From: Leptospiraceae bacterium | Lineage (GTDB): Bacteria; Spirochaetota; Leptospiria; Leptospirales; Leptospiraceae | Direction: 5' to 3' | DNA: 64,000 bases | Assembly (NCBI GenBank): GCA_024233865.1 | Contig: JACKPA010000012.1 | Coordinates: 1 to 64,000 of the forward strand | In this document: in pieces, positions 47,714 through 58,095 of the stretch | How the letters are laid out: each line of letters starts with the position of its first letter | Position numbering within the stretch: position 1 is the stretch's first letter | The notes under the pieces: generated by a model | What the model was told of the DNA's origin: nothing | Database searches by the model: none | Seen by the model: only the letters and a program-made list of their open reading frames with translations | Made by a program: the position numbers and the translations under genes

Positions 47714-49703
47714 CGTCCCATTTGGGAGGTGGGGGACTTCTTTTGTAATAAATACACCTATCTACCAATAGTTCTGAGGACTTATCTCTTTTTCCTTTTA
47801 CTTCGATGGCTTTTTCAAACAATTCAATGGCTTTATCCCATTTTTTCTTCTTGTACAGATTGATCGCTTGTTCATAAATATTTGTAGCATCTATAATATT
47901 TTGCGGAACTTGAGAATGATACGAAATCATCTCATAAATTTTGACAGGCTTGTTTTTCCCCTTCACCTGCACCATATCTAGCTCTCTTGTAAAAATTTCT
48001 TTATCAATATGCTTCTTGGTTTCTTCACTAATTAAAATCTTTACACCATAGTCCTTTCCGGCAGTTTCCAATCTTGCTGCAACGTTTACAGTATCGCCCA
48101 TCATCGTATACGAAGCAAGCTCGTCTGTTCCCATAAATCCTACCTTTGCAAAACCGGTATTCAAGCCTATTCGTATATCCATGGACTGAGCTTTTTTTGT
48201 ATATAGGTTGTTGAATGTCCAATAGTCTTTTAATTCTTGCAATTTTTCAATCATTTCCAGAGAGGCTTTGGCTGCTTTCAGATGATGGTTAGGAACTTCT
48301 ACGGGAGCATTAAAAATCCCTACTATGGCATCACCAACATATTTATCCAATACTCCATCATAAATCTTCAAAATAATCGTCATGGCAGAAAGATATTCGT
48401 TTAACAAAGCAGCCAATTCCGAAGGAGATAGTTCTTCACTAATTGCTGTAAAATCAGCAACGTCAGAAAAAAATGCCGTAATTTCTTTGTGAGTTCCTTG
48501 CTTGAGTGCTTGTAAGTCAATCATTGCTTCTTGCACAACTATAGGGTCAACCATACTACCTAAAATATTCTTTACCTTTACCCTTTCTTCCAATCCATGA
48601 CCCATACGAATAAAAGAATCCGTTAAAATCCCTACTTCATCTCTAGTCGTCGGTTGGATTTTTATATCAAAATTTCCCATTTCGATTTGCTTTGTGGCAT
48701 CTACCAACTTTAGAATAGGACTGGAGATCGTTTGTGAAAAATAGAGCACAATCAGCATAGCGGCAAACAATACTATCAACATGATATAGATATTTCTTCG
48801 TTGTATATTATAAACCTCTTCGTAAGCTTCCTTTTTAGGCACGACACACAACACACCTGAATCAGCGAATCCAACCTTATAATAAGAACCAATGTAGTCT
48901 TTTGATTTATAGCTGTAATGAATTTGTCCGTTATTTACGTTACTGTTGACCATTTTTTGAATGAGTGGATGGGTAGATAAATTCGTACCTAACAAAACCT
49001 GATTCAAATCTTGATGGGCTAGTATAATTCCTTCCTGATTCACCATAAATATTTCTGTGATCCCTGATGTAGTAAAGGCATTTAACAATTTTTTTAAACT
49101 GAAAAATGCTATCAAAATATCATTATGGCCTTCTTTATTTCTTTGAGGAACACTTATGGCAAGAATCGGAAAAGAAAAGCCCTGGCTAATATTTAAAAGC
49201 TTTGGAGTTCCATCGAATGATTTTAGAAATTCTTTGGAATATAAGTTTAGCACACTTTGAACTTTTGCCGTTTTAACTTTGTTTTCCGTCAGATACCTAT
49301 GGTTATATATAAACTTTACAGGTTCCTTACCTTTATCGTTTTTTTTGAATTTACCTATATATATAAAGTGATTTTCGTTTTGTATAAATGATTGTAAAAA
49401 ATCGTCCGTTTTTCGGGGATCAAAGTCTTTATTTAAAAGTGTCGCTATAAACTTTAGCTTGTCTTTAATGGAGTCTAAGTCTGATTCCACCTTGAGTCCA
49501 ATCACTTCAGAAAGTTTCATGTTTGCTTCTTCTATTCGAATCTCACTATCCCTTTTAAAAAAAAAGGTTGCCAAAGCAATAATGCAAGAAATAGACATTA
49601 AAAGTATAATAGATATGATTGTAACAAGTTTAAGCTCAATATTCCACTTGGAAGGTGTAAATTCATCTTTTGGGATAGGTCTGTTTTTCACTATTTTCAT
49701 GGG
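47688..49703 (-). CDS. Class III adenylate/guanylate cyclase with Cache-like, HAMP and C-terminal TPR-like regions
   Basis: Transmembrane-Cache-transmembrane-HAMP; cyclase core FFSDVADFT...YVGDAIVGIFNAP...GLNTGFAKVGFMG...MGDTVNVAARLE; start taken at MKIVKNRP. Confidence 0.8.
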   Translation of the reverse strand, partial: PMKIVKNRPIPKDEFTPSKWNIELKLVTIISIILLMSISCIIALATFFFKRDSEIRIEEANMKLSEVIGLKVESDLDSIKDKLKFIATLLNKDFDPRKTDDFLQSFIQNENHFIYIGKFKKNDKGKEPVKFIYNHRYLTENKVKTAKVQSVLNLYSKEFLKSFDGTPKLLNISQGFSFPILAISVPQRNKEGHNDILIAFFSLKKLLNAFTTSGITEIFMVNQEGIILAHQDLNQVLLGTNLSTHPLIQKMVNSNVNNGQIHYSYKSKDYIGSYYKVGFADSGVLCVVPKKEAYEEVYNIQRRNIYIMLIVLFAAMLIVLYFSQTISSPILKLVDATKQIEMGNFDIKIQPTTRDEVGILTDSFIRMGHGLEERVKVKNILGSMVDPIVVQEAMIDLQALKQGTHKEITAFFSDVADFTAISEELSPSELAALLNEYLSAMTIILKIYDGVLDKYVGDAIVGIFNAPVEVPNHHLKAAKASLEMIEKLQELKDYWTFNNLYTKKAQSMDIRIGLNTGFAKVGFMGTDELASYTMMGDTVNVAARLETAGKDYGVKILISEETKKHIDKEIFTRELDMVQVKGKNKPVKIYEMISYHSQVPQNIIDATNIYEQAINLYKKKKWDKAIELFEKAIEVKGKRDKSSELLVDRCIYYKRSPPPPKWDGVFARKHK

Positions 49704-49858
49704 TACCCGATTTTTCTTTCCTAATATAAATATAGATTCAATAAAAATCAATAGATTTTTTTAAGGGAAATTTGGTATTATTGTAAACTATAGGAGAATT
49801 ATAGGATATAAGCCATGGTCAAAAAAACCAATTTTGTCACAATTTTATTAACATTGCA

Positions 49859-52800
49859 TTATTTGGAGAAGGTAATCTTTTTTCTCCTAAGGGTAACAAA
49901 AGAATACACAATAGGAATAAATCCTAGTGTTATCATGGTTGTAAAAATTAGCCCCCAAGCCATTGTAAGAACCATCGGTCGAATTTCCGGCAAATCCCCC
50001 CCGATTCCATAAGACGTTGGTAAAAGACCCGCAAAAGTTGTCAGAGTGGTTAAAATGACCGGTCGAAACCTCTCAACAGAGGCTTTTGCTATGTTTTTCA
50101 AATGAAACCCTTCTTCTTCGCACACTTTGTTTATATGGCTTATCATCACAATAGTATCATTCACAACAACCCCTACTAATCCAAGCATTCCAATCAAGGC
50201 AATAAAGGTTAAAGGCATATTGTGCAGAATCAAGGTCAATAAAACTCCAACTACTGCAAAAGGAATGATCGACATAATAATAAAAGGCTGTAAATAAGAA
50301 TCAAAAAGAATAACCAATAGAAAATATATAGACAACAAAGCAACAAGCATGGCAAAATAAAATCCCTTGAAGCTAATCATCATTTCTTCTTCCTGACCAC
50401 CAAACTTCAGTCTGAATCCGGGAACACTTGCTGCCTTTTTTTCAAATTCGTTTTTTAGCTTTTGGTTTACTTCTACCGGAGTGATCACATCATTGTCCGT
50501 TTCAGCCGTAATCCTGACAGCTCGCTTCCCGGAAGTATGATGAATCACCGAAGGACCAACCGTTTCATCAAACCTGGCAAACACACCTAAAGGAATCAAT
50601 TGTCCTTGGTTGTTGGCTACGGGTAGCTTCATAACTCCTTCAGCTCTATAATTTTTGGGATTTTTTAATCGAACTCGAAAGTCGATCTCCTCCCCTTCCC
50701 TTCTAATCGAAGTAATAATCGTTCCGTCAAAAGCAGATCGGACGGTTTGTGCTACATCGATAGCCGTTAGTCCTACCTGAGCTAATTTTTTATAGTCTAG
50801 CTTAAGACGCAACTCATCTTTTCCAGGCACGTTACTAGATTCAACAGATGAAACACCCTTTACACCTTTCAAAAATTCCATAGTCTTTTTTTCAAATTCG
50901 TTTCGTACCGGATCATTATTGGAAATATAGGTGACATCTACCGGTTTACCCACGTTTAAACCCACGTCCATAAACTCTACACTCAAACGGTGAAACTCAT
51001 ACTTCTCACGCAAAAGTTTTAGCTTCTGCTCTAACCCAGCAATAATTTCCTCCGACTCGATCTTCCTTTTGTCTGCAGGTATCAGATAAACCGTAATAAC
51101 CGCCCAATTGCTGTACTGTCCCGTATTGATACCGGTTATGCTATCATGATGACCTACGTTAGTAGAAAGACTTTTGAAAACCTCTTTGGGGACATTTTCC
51201 ATAACAACTTTTTCAACCAAAGGAACAAGCTCTTCCGTTCTGCCAAGAGATGTCCCTTGTTTAGCTTCTATGGTGACGGTAAAAAAATCAGAATCCCTAT
51301 CCGTATTCAACATAAACTTTAAAAAAGAAGCTGATATTCCCACTACCACAACAAACAAAATCGTATAACCCGACATAACGACAATTCGATGTCCTAATGC
51401 CCATTTTATCCCTTTAGCGTAAACTGTAATTAGCTTATCTATCCAAAGACTACGTTTGGGAGTTTTTTCCGGTGGATGTGTATGCAAAATATGAGCCGGT
51501 AAAAAGAATACCGATTCTAACCATGAAAAGCTAAGAGTGATCAAAACCACAACAGGAATAACAGCTAAAAATTTTCCAAATATACCGGATATAAATAAGA
51601 TAGGCATAAAGGCAAGTATGGTTGTTGCAATAGAGGCAGATATTGGCAATAACATTGTCTTTACACCTTCTATGGAAGCCTCAAAGTGATCCATACCTTG
51701 CTTTTTTAAGCTAAATACCTTTTCTGTAATCACTATCGCATCATCCACAATTATTCCCAAAACGAGGATCATGGTGACAAGAGTAACGTTATTAAGCTTC
51801 ATGCCTAAAGGAATAAAAAGGATCAAAGCTCCCAATAAAGAAAAAGGAATCCCAAAAGCAGACCAAAAGGCACTTTTAAAATCGAGGAAGATATACATTA
51901 CAATAAAAACAAGAACTACTCCAAAGAGTCCGTTATTCACAACCATATCCACCATCATGGTAGTATAGATAGAATAGTCAAAGATCTCATCCACATAAAC
52001 GCCTTTCGGTAATCCTTCCCGAAACTCCTTTAACACTTTGTGCAAGTCTTCACTTAAATTTATAACATCCGCATTGTCTTGGGAAGCAACGGAAATACCT
52101 ATCGAAGGCTTACCATTTCCTCTATACAAAACTCTTGGCTCTTCAAAGCTATCATGAACATCAGCTACGTCAGAAATTGTTAAACGGTTTCCCGTAAATG
52201 TAGATCGTATGATAACGTTTCCAACGTCTATGGACTCATCGTATTCCGTGAGCGTTACGATCTTCTTTTCCGAAACAAAGGATTCAATTGTTCCACCCGT
52301 AGCTCTCACATTTCGAGATCGTATGGCATTCATGATTTCAGCAAAAGAAACACGATTTTCTTGCATTTTTTCCAAATTAATGTCGATATGGATTTCACGT
52401 TTGCGGAAGCCCATCTTTGTAACCTTCCCTATCCCGCGAACTTCACGAAACCTTGATTCCAAGTCTTTTACATACTTCCTAAGCTCAAGTTCGTCCACAT
52501 TTCCGTTTAAGGCAATTTCCAAAATCGGAAAACTGCTTGCTTTCATTTCCTCGATACGTGGTTTTTGAGTTACGGATTCGGGAAGATTGGCTATTCTACC
52601 TACGGCATCTCGAATGTTTGTTTTGATTTCATCAGGGTCACCGGCATCCGAATCGATCTGAGCCGTCACAATGGACATATTTTCCATTGACATACTTGTT
52701 AAGCTCTTGATGTTTTCCACTTCAATAAGTTGATCTTCTACTTTATTGGTTACATTAACCTCAACGTCCTCTGGACTTGCTCCAGGATAGATGGTTGTAA

Positions 52801-52942
52801 TAGTCAAAATGTCAAAGCTGACAGGGGGATTTGTTTGCCTTTTGAGTGTGAAAGCTGATAGAATACCAGCTAAAAATATCAAGGCTACCACCATATTTGT
52901 GACTCGATGGTGTTTTAAAAAATAAGATGTTAATTTTATCAT
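49859..52942 (-). CDS. RND-superfamily efflux permease (AcrB/CzcA-like, 12-TM)
   Basis: 1027 aa with two large periplasmic loops and RND transmembrane signatures (e.g. GLLPTSYGIGG; ILGIIVDDAIV). Confidence 0.85.
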   Translation of the reverse strand: MIKLTSYFLKHHRVTNMVVALIFLAGILSAFTLKRQTNPPVSFDILTITTIYPGASPEDVEVNVTNKVEDQLIEVENIKSLTSMSMENMSIVTAQIDSDAGDPDEIKTNIRDAVGRIANLPESVTQKPRIEEMKASSFPILEIALNGNVDELELRKYVKDLESRFREVRGIGKVTKMGFRKREIHIDINLEKMQENRVSFAEIMNAIRSRNVRATGGTIESFVSEKKIVTLTEYDESIDVGNVIIRSTFTGNRLTISDVADVHDSFEEPRVLYRGNGKPSIGISVASQDNADVINLSEDLHKVLKEFREGLPKGVYVDEIFDYSIYTTMMVDMVVNNGLFGVVLVFIVMYIFLDFKSAFWSAFGIPFSLLGALILFIPLGMKLNNVTLVTMILVLGIIVDDAIVITEKVFSLKKQGMDHFEASIEGVKTMLLPISASIATTILAFMPILFISGIFGKFLAVIPVVVLITLSFSWLESVFFLPAHILHTHPPEKTPKRSLWIDKLITVYAKGIKWALGHRIVVMSGYTILFVVVVGISASFLKFMLNTDRDSDFFTVTIEAKQGTSLGRTEELVPLVEKVVMENVPKEVFKSLSTNVGHHDSITGINTGQYSNWAVITVYLIPADKRKIESEEIIAGLEQKLKLLREKYEFHRLSVEFMDVGLNVGKPVDVTYISNNDPVRNEFEKKTMEFLKGVKGVSSVESSNVPGKDELRLKLDYKKLAQVGLTAIDVAQTVRSAFDGTIITSIRREGEEIDFRVRLKNPKNYRAEGVMKLPVANNQGQLIPLGVFARFDETVGPSVIHHTSGKRAVRITAETDNDVITPVEVNQKLKNEFEKKAASVPGFRLKFGGQEEEMMISFKGFYFAMLVALLSIYFLLVILFDSYLQPFIIMSIIPFAVVGVLLTLILHNMPLTFIALIGMLGLVGVVVNDTIVMISHINKVCEEEGFHLKNIAKASVERFRPVILTTLTTFAGLLPTSYGIGGDLPEIRPMVLTMAWGLIFTTMITLGFIPIVYSFVTLRRKKITFSK

Positions 52943-52957
52943 AATGCTTCTCCTTTA

Positions 52958-53953
52958 TTAGAATATTAACATCGCATCTCCGTAGGAATAGAACCGCATT
53001 TTATTTTCAATTGCCTTGTGATAGGCTTCCATTAATAACTCAGTTCCGGCAAACGCTGCGACGAGCATAATCAAGCTACTACCGGGAAGATGAAAGTTTG
53101 TCACCAACGCATCAATGGAACAAACCGAATCCTCAGGAGTTATAAATAGTTCCGTAGAACTGCTTCCCGGAACAAACACAGCATTTTGTGAATCATAGCA
53201 CGTTTCCAAAACCCTTAGGGTAGTTGTACCTATGGAAATAATCCGATGTTTATTTTGCTTTTGAGAGTTAAGATTTTCTGCCACCCCTGGTGATAAAGTA
53301 TACCTTTCACTATGCAGTTTCTTATTTTGTATCTGCTCTTCTGTCACCTTTGCAAAAGTTCCATAACCAATGGTCAAATTCGCACCGATAAACTCCACTC
53401 CAAAATCCAATAATTGGGCTTTTAACTCATCTGTGAAGTGCAAGGCTGCGGTAGGTGCAGCGACAGAACCAGATAAATCAGCAAAAATGGTTTGGTATCT
53501 GGAATTATCCGAGTCTTCAGCTTTTCTTTTCAAATAAGGTGGAATCGGTATGTTTCCGTTTTTTTCAAAAAATTCTTCCGTCAGCACAAACTCAGACTGA
53601 ATGATAGCATTGGAGTTTTCCAATCCTATAAATACAAAACTATCTTTATTGTGAAATAGCCTCTCACCACACTTTAGTTTTCCTGATTTGGCAAGTATAC
53701 ACTTCCAAGTTTCAGAATCATCTTTTGTATCATTTTTTTCTAAAAATATACACTCATGGATTCTTCCTTTTGAGCTTGTTAAATAAAATCTTCTTTTGCT
53801 TACCTTTGTATTGTTGTAAACTAAGGTGTCTCCTTTTTGGAGATAATTTTTTATGTTTTTAAAGTGAGGTTCAATTTTTATGCTGCCTGTTTTTTTATTT
53901 ATGAGCATTAAGTGAGATTCATCTCTCTTCTCAGAAGGATATTTTGCAATCAA
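52958..53953 (-). CDS. queA: S-adenosylmethionine:tRNA ribosyltransferase-isomerase QueA
   Basis: N-terminal ...LIAKYPSEKRDESHLMLI and C-terminal ...ALVTNFHLPGSSLIMLVAAF match QueA; the ORF opens at TTG and the conserved N-terminus (FFFELESS) lies upstream of it. Confidence 0.8.
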   Translation of the reverse strand: MIAKYPSEKRDESHLMLINKKTGSIKIEPHFKNIKNYLQKGDTLVYNNTKVSKRRFYLTSSKGRIHECIFLEKNDTKDDSETWKCILAKSGKLKCGERLFHNKDSFVFIGLENSNAIIQSEFVLTEEFFEKNGNIPIPPYLKRKAEDSDNSRYQTIFADLSGSVAAPTAALHFTDELKAQLLDFGVEFIGANLTIGYGTFAKVTEEQIQNKKLHSERYTLSPGVAENLNSQKQNKHRIISIGTTTLRVLETCYDSQNAVFVPGSSSTELFITPEDSVCSIDALVTNFHLPGSSLIMLVAAFAGTELLMEAYHKAIENKMRFYSYGDAMLIF

Positions 53954-54006
53954 AGAAGATTCTAGTTCAAAAAAAAATGGCTCAACTAAATCCGTACTAT
54001 ATACCT

Positions 54007-54315
54007 CTATTCAGTTATTTCGTCTCGTATGATTTTGGCTTCAAATAGTATCAGTTTTATTTTTAGTTCCACTATTTTGGATAGCATGGCATTGAGTCTC
54101 ATCAATTTCTCATTTTTTGAACTATCATTTTCCGGATGAAAACTCAGTTTAACATAGTCCATTTGCTCTTGCACTTTGGCAAGCTTATCGTCAATATCAG
54201 ACAAAAAAGATTGAACTGACTTGTGTTCTTCAAGAGAACTCTCAAAAAATTCTACAACTTCCTGTTCTCTATCAAAAATTTTTTCTAAAACAATTGTATC
54301 TTCTGTAATTTCCAA
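54007..54315 (-). CDS. Hypothetical acidic coiled-coil protein
   Basis: ORF only. Confidence 0.3.
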   Translation of the reverse strand: MEITEDTIVLEKIFDREQEVVEFFESSLEEHKSVQSFLSDIDDKLAKVQEQMDYVKLSFHPENDSSKNEKLMRLNAMLSKIVELKIKLILFEAKIIRDEITE

Positions 54316-54429
54316 AGTATTATAACCATTTATTATTAGATTAGAGAAAACTCCAAGGACTAACCTAAGAGAGTTACTCTTATATTTTAGACATAATTCT
54401 TTTATTAATTGCCCTTAGCAAGAACTATT

Positions 54430-55185
54430 TTATTGATTCGAAATCCTGTATTCGTTTCGAATACGTTCAATTTCATCTTTTATGATCAAATGCACCTTCT
54501 CTGTCAAAGTATCCACACTGTCATTTGCAAAATTTTGATATGGTATCTCATCAAGAACTTGGACTCTGATTTGGTGCTTGCCTTTTAAAATGAAGCCCTT
54601 TTTCGGAAGGGCTTTGGAAGAACCTTCGATTGCTATAGGTAAAATAGACTTTTTTGTTTTTAATGCAAGTTCAAAAGCTCCTTTTTTGAAAGAGCGTATT
54701 TCACCATCAGGTGATCTTGTTCCTTCCGGAAACATTAAAATAGAACTTCCCGCTTCTAAAGTTTTTTCGCATGCCAACATCATTTCCCGGTTGCTTGCCG
54801 TACTCCCGCGATTTAATTTAATATATCGGTTTAAAACCATGTTCCACCCAATTAACGGAACTTTAAAAATCTCAATTTTTGAAACCCATTTGTAGTGTAC
54901 AAACAAACGGAATAAAACAAGTATATCTACAAGGGACTGGTGGTTGGAAACAATAATATAGGTTCTTTTGGAATAAATTCTTTCTCTTCCATTTATGGTA
55001 ACTCTCCAAAGAGGATTCAACCATGTATACAAAGAAGCCCAAAAAGAAGTAAAAATATGTAGTATAACCAATCTTCTATCAAACAAAAAAGTAACTAACC
55101 AAATTAGTAAGGCAATTGGAAACAAGATAAAAGAAGTTATAAGAATAAAACCCCAGAATAAAAGTGACATTATGATTGGAATCAT
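54430..55185 (-). CDS. plsC: 1-acyl-sn-glycerol-3-phosphate acyltransferase (LPLAT family)
   Basis: HX4D motif (VSNHQSLVD), FPEGTRS, and an N-terminal transmembrane anchor. Confidence 0.8.
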   Translation of the reverse strand: MIPIIMSLLFWGFILITSFILFPIALLIWLVTFLFDRRLVILHIFTSFWASLYTWLNPLWRVTINGRERIYSKRTYIIVSNHQSLVDILVLFRLFVHYKWVSKIEIFKVPLIGWNMVLNRYIKLNRGSTASNREMMLACEKTLEAGSSILMFPEGTRSPDGEIRSFKKGAFELALKTKKSILPIAIEGSSKALPKKGFILKGKHQIRVQVLDEIPYQNFANDSVDTLTEKVHLIIKDEIERIRNEYRISNQ

Positions 55186-55271
55186 TTTTACCTACTAAAA
55201 ATTATGCTCCTATATTCCCAAAATTAAAAATTTCTTTTATAAAAAAAGAGGTTTCTAATCATAAAATAAAT

Positions 55272-55640
55272 ATGAAGCGATTAAATCTACTTATTTTTAT
55301 TTTTGTTTTAAATTTTCCCATACATCTTTACGCAAAAAATATACCATATCAAGAAATTGATAACATACTTAAAGAAACATGGGATTCAACCTACCCAATA
55401 CCCTATTCAAGAATCGTCAAAAAAGACGTTTTAGGAAAGGGAATTATGAAATTCAAGAAAAAAAATTACAATTATTATCTCTATACATTTATTGTATTTG
55501 TGCCAAGGTATATTCTTGTAAACGATAAACCCGTCCCGGCACCCAATAGCCATGGGAGGAACATACCGGTGAAACTATTTTTTTACCCTAGTGAATCAGA
55601 GAAACCATATAAAATCAAACTAGGTGAAATTACGAAATAG
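55272..55640 (+). CDS. Hypothetical secreted protein
   Basis: Signal peptide [21 protein letters not shown]; no recognisable domain. Confidence 0.35.
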   Translation: MKRLNLLIFIFVLNFPIHLYAKNIPYQEIDNILKETWDSTYPIPYSRIVKKDVLGKGIMKFKKKNYNYYLYTFIVFVPRYILVNDKPVPAPNSHGRNIPVKLFFYPSESEKPYKIKLGEITK

Positions 55641-56904
55641 CCTTTTTCACTTTGGTTAGCGTTTTTTCCAGTATATCGTCCGTGTGTGCCGTAGACAGAA
55701 ACCCAACTTCATATCCCGAAGGGGCTAGGTAGATTCCTTCTTTTAAAAGAGAATGGAAAAGCTTGGCAAAGTTTTCTTTGTGATTGGCTGGGATTTTGTC
55801 TATCCTTCGGATTGGTTCCGAACTATTTTGGTGAAGCCAAAATAGAGAAGAATAAAAGGAAGCATCCCATTCCACATCGCTTTTTTCATTCAGAATAGAC
55901 ACGAACCTATTAAGAAATGATTCGGTTTTTGTTTTCAAGGCTTGGTGCACACCGTCTCTTTTTAACTTTTTAAGAGTAGCGAGTCCTGCTCTCATACCGA
56001 TAGGATTGGCACTTAAAGTTCCGGCTTGGTAAACAGTTCCCGAAGGTGCAACCATATCCATATATTCTGATTTTCCAGCATAAGCTCCAACAGGAAATCC
56101 GCCTCCGATAATTTTCCCATAAGTCACCAAATCCGGTTTAATGGAAAACTCTTCACTCATTCCTTTCATTCCTACTCGAAAACCGGAAATTACTTCATCA
56201 AAGATTACTAAGGAGTTATTTTGTTTGGCTATTTGTACAATTTTTTCTATAAACTCCTTTCTCTGAATTAGTAGTCCGTAATTTGCCGGAATTGGCTCGA
56301 TGATCAAACAAGCGATTTCATGCCCGTGTTTTTCAAATAGCGTTTGCACATCGTTTTCGTTATCTAGAGGTAATACTAATGTATTTTTGCTAAATGATTT
56401 GCCTATTCCCGCACTATCTGAACTCGCTTCGCCAGCTAAGCCTGAGCCGGATTTGACAAGCAAAGAGTCTACGTGACCATGGTAACATCCGTCAAATTTT
56501 AAAACTTTATCTCGACCTGTGGCAGCCCTGGCGACTCGTAAAGCAGACATCACGGCTTCCGTTCCGGAAGAAACAAACCGGATTTTGTCAATCCAAGGAA
56601 TTTCTGCCACAATAAATTCGGCAAGTTCTACGGAATAAGGCTCAGTTGTTCCAAAAGACCAAGCCAGTCCGATGGTATCTTGTACAACTTCTTGAATTTC
56701 GTTGTCCCTATGACCCAAAATCAAAGGACCAAAACTTAAACAAAAGTCGATATATTCTTGTCCTTCCACGTCGTACAGATAGGCTCCGCTTGCACTTTTG
56801 AAAAATATAGGTGTGCCACCTACACTCCTGAAAGAGCGAACGGGAGAATGTACTCCGCCTGGGGATACCTGTATGGATCGTCTAAATAGTTCTTGAGAAG
56901 TCAT
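55630..56904 (-). CDS. hemL: Glutamate-1-semialdehyde 2,1-aminomutase
   Basis: PLP-dependent class-III aminotransferase motifs ([10 protein letters not shown]; the TYGKIIGGG Lys region); 424 aa. Confidence 0.9.
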   Translation of the reverse strand: MTSQELFRRSIQVSPGGVHSPVRSFRSVGGTPIFFKSASGAYLYDVEGQEYIDFCLSFGPLILGHRDNEIQEVVQDTIGLAWSFGTTEPYSVELAEFIVAEIPWIDKIRFVSSGTEAVMSALRVARAATGRDKVLKFDGCYHGHVDSLLVKSGSGLAGEASSDSAGIGKSFSKNTLVLPLDNENDVQTLFEKHGHEIACLIIEPIPANYGLLIQRKEFIEKIVQIAKQNNSLVIFDEVISGFRVGMKGMSEEFSIKPDLVTYGKIIGGGFPVGAYAGKSEYMDMVAPSGTVYQAGTLSANPIGMRAGLATLKKLKRDGVHQALKTKTESFLNRFVSILNEKSDVEWDASFYSSLFWLHQNSSEPIRRIDKIPANHKENFAKLFHSLLKEGIYLAPSGYEVGFLSTAHTDDILEKTLTKVKKAIS

Positions 56905-56925
56905 TGTATATCCTTATATAATTGG

Positions 56926-58008
56926 TTAAGTTGGTTTTTTGAGAGTAAAGGTAAAAGTGGTTCCCTTTCCCTCCTCACTTTTTAGCCAGATTGTACCATT
57001 GTTTTTTTCAATCATTTCTTTGCATAAAATGAGTCCCAACCCTGTTCCTTTTTCTCCCATAGTTCCGGCTGTAGTGTATTTCATGTCTATTCGAAAGAGC
57101 TTATCAATATTTTCCGGAGAAATGCCAATTCCACTATCCTGAACATTTACTTCTACATAGGTTTCTTTATCAGTATACCATAAAGAAATTTCTCCGTTTT
57201 GGGGTGTAAACTTCAAAGCATTGGAAATAAGATTTCTTATTATGGTTTCCAGCATATTGCTATCTGCCCAAACTTGAATGGTTTCCTCGTTTTTGAGTTC
57301 CAGAGTAATGTTTTTTTGTATGGCAAGATTTTGTAAAAGTGATATATTATTAACTATAATGGTTTTAAGGTCTAGCTTTTGATATTTTATCTGGATTGTT
57401 CTGGTTTCAAGCCTTGCCCATTTTAATAGATTATCCAATAAATCATAAGCAGATTTTAAAGAATCTTTAACAACGTTTATATATTTGGATACGTTTTCCG
57501 AAGAAGTATCGCTGTTGATAATCTCAATTAAAGAAAAAATTCCCCCCAAGGGTCCTTTCAAATCATGGGCTATAATAGAAAAAAACTTATCCTTGGTTTG
57601 ATTTGATTCTAATAAACTGATTTTTAACCTCTGGTTTTCTATATGAACCTTGACTCGTGCCAAAAGTTCAATGGTATTAAATGGTTTTGTGATGTAATCC
57701 ACTCCACCAACTTGGAAACCATTTATTATGTCTTCTTTGTTTGCTTTGGCTGTTATAAAAATAATAGGAATATCTTTTAATCTTTCGGAACTTTTTATAA
57801 TTTTACATACTTCAAACCCATCCATTCCGGGCATCATTACATCTAAAAGGATTAATTCAGGTGTATTTGCATTGAGAATATCAAGGGCATCTTGTCCGCT
57901 ATTTACGGCAGCAATATTGTAGTGTGCCTCTGATAAGATGTTTCCTAAAACTTCTATGTTTTCAGAAACATCGTCAACAATCAGAATAAAGTTTTTTTTT
58001 TGCTTCAT
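56926..58008 (-). CDS. Response-regulator/histidine-kinase fusion (receiver, HisKA, HATPase_c)
   Basis: Receiver ILIVDDVSENIEVL...LDVMMPGMDGFE; H-box IAHDLKGPL; GTGLGL. Confidence 0.8.
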   Translation of the reverse strand: MKQKKNFILIVDDVSENIEVLGNILSEAHYNIAAVNSGQDALDILNANTPELILLDVMMPGMDGFEVCKIIKSSERLKDIPIIFITAKANKEDIINGFQVGGVDYITKPFNTIELLARVKVHIENQRLKISLLESNQTKDKFFSIIAHDLKGPLGGIFSLIEIINSDTSSENVSKYINVVKDSLKSAYDLLDNLLKWARLETRTIQIKYQKLDLKTIIVNNISLLQNLAIQKNITLELKNEETIQVWADSNMLETIIRNLISNALKFTPQNGEISLWYTDKETYVEVNVQDSGIGISPENIDKLFRIDMKYTTAGTMGEKGTGLGLILCKEMIEKNNGTIWLKSEEGKGTTFTFTLKKPT

Positions 58009-58095
58009 TATATATTAATAATTAATCTTAATGTAATAAATTTTATGTAACTTTTTCTTGCAATTAAAATCTAAAAAAATAAAAAAGGAGAAAAT

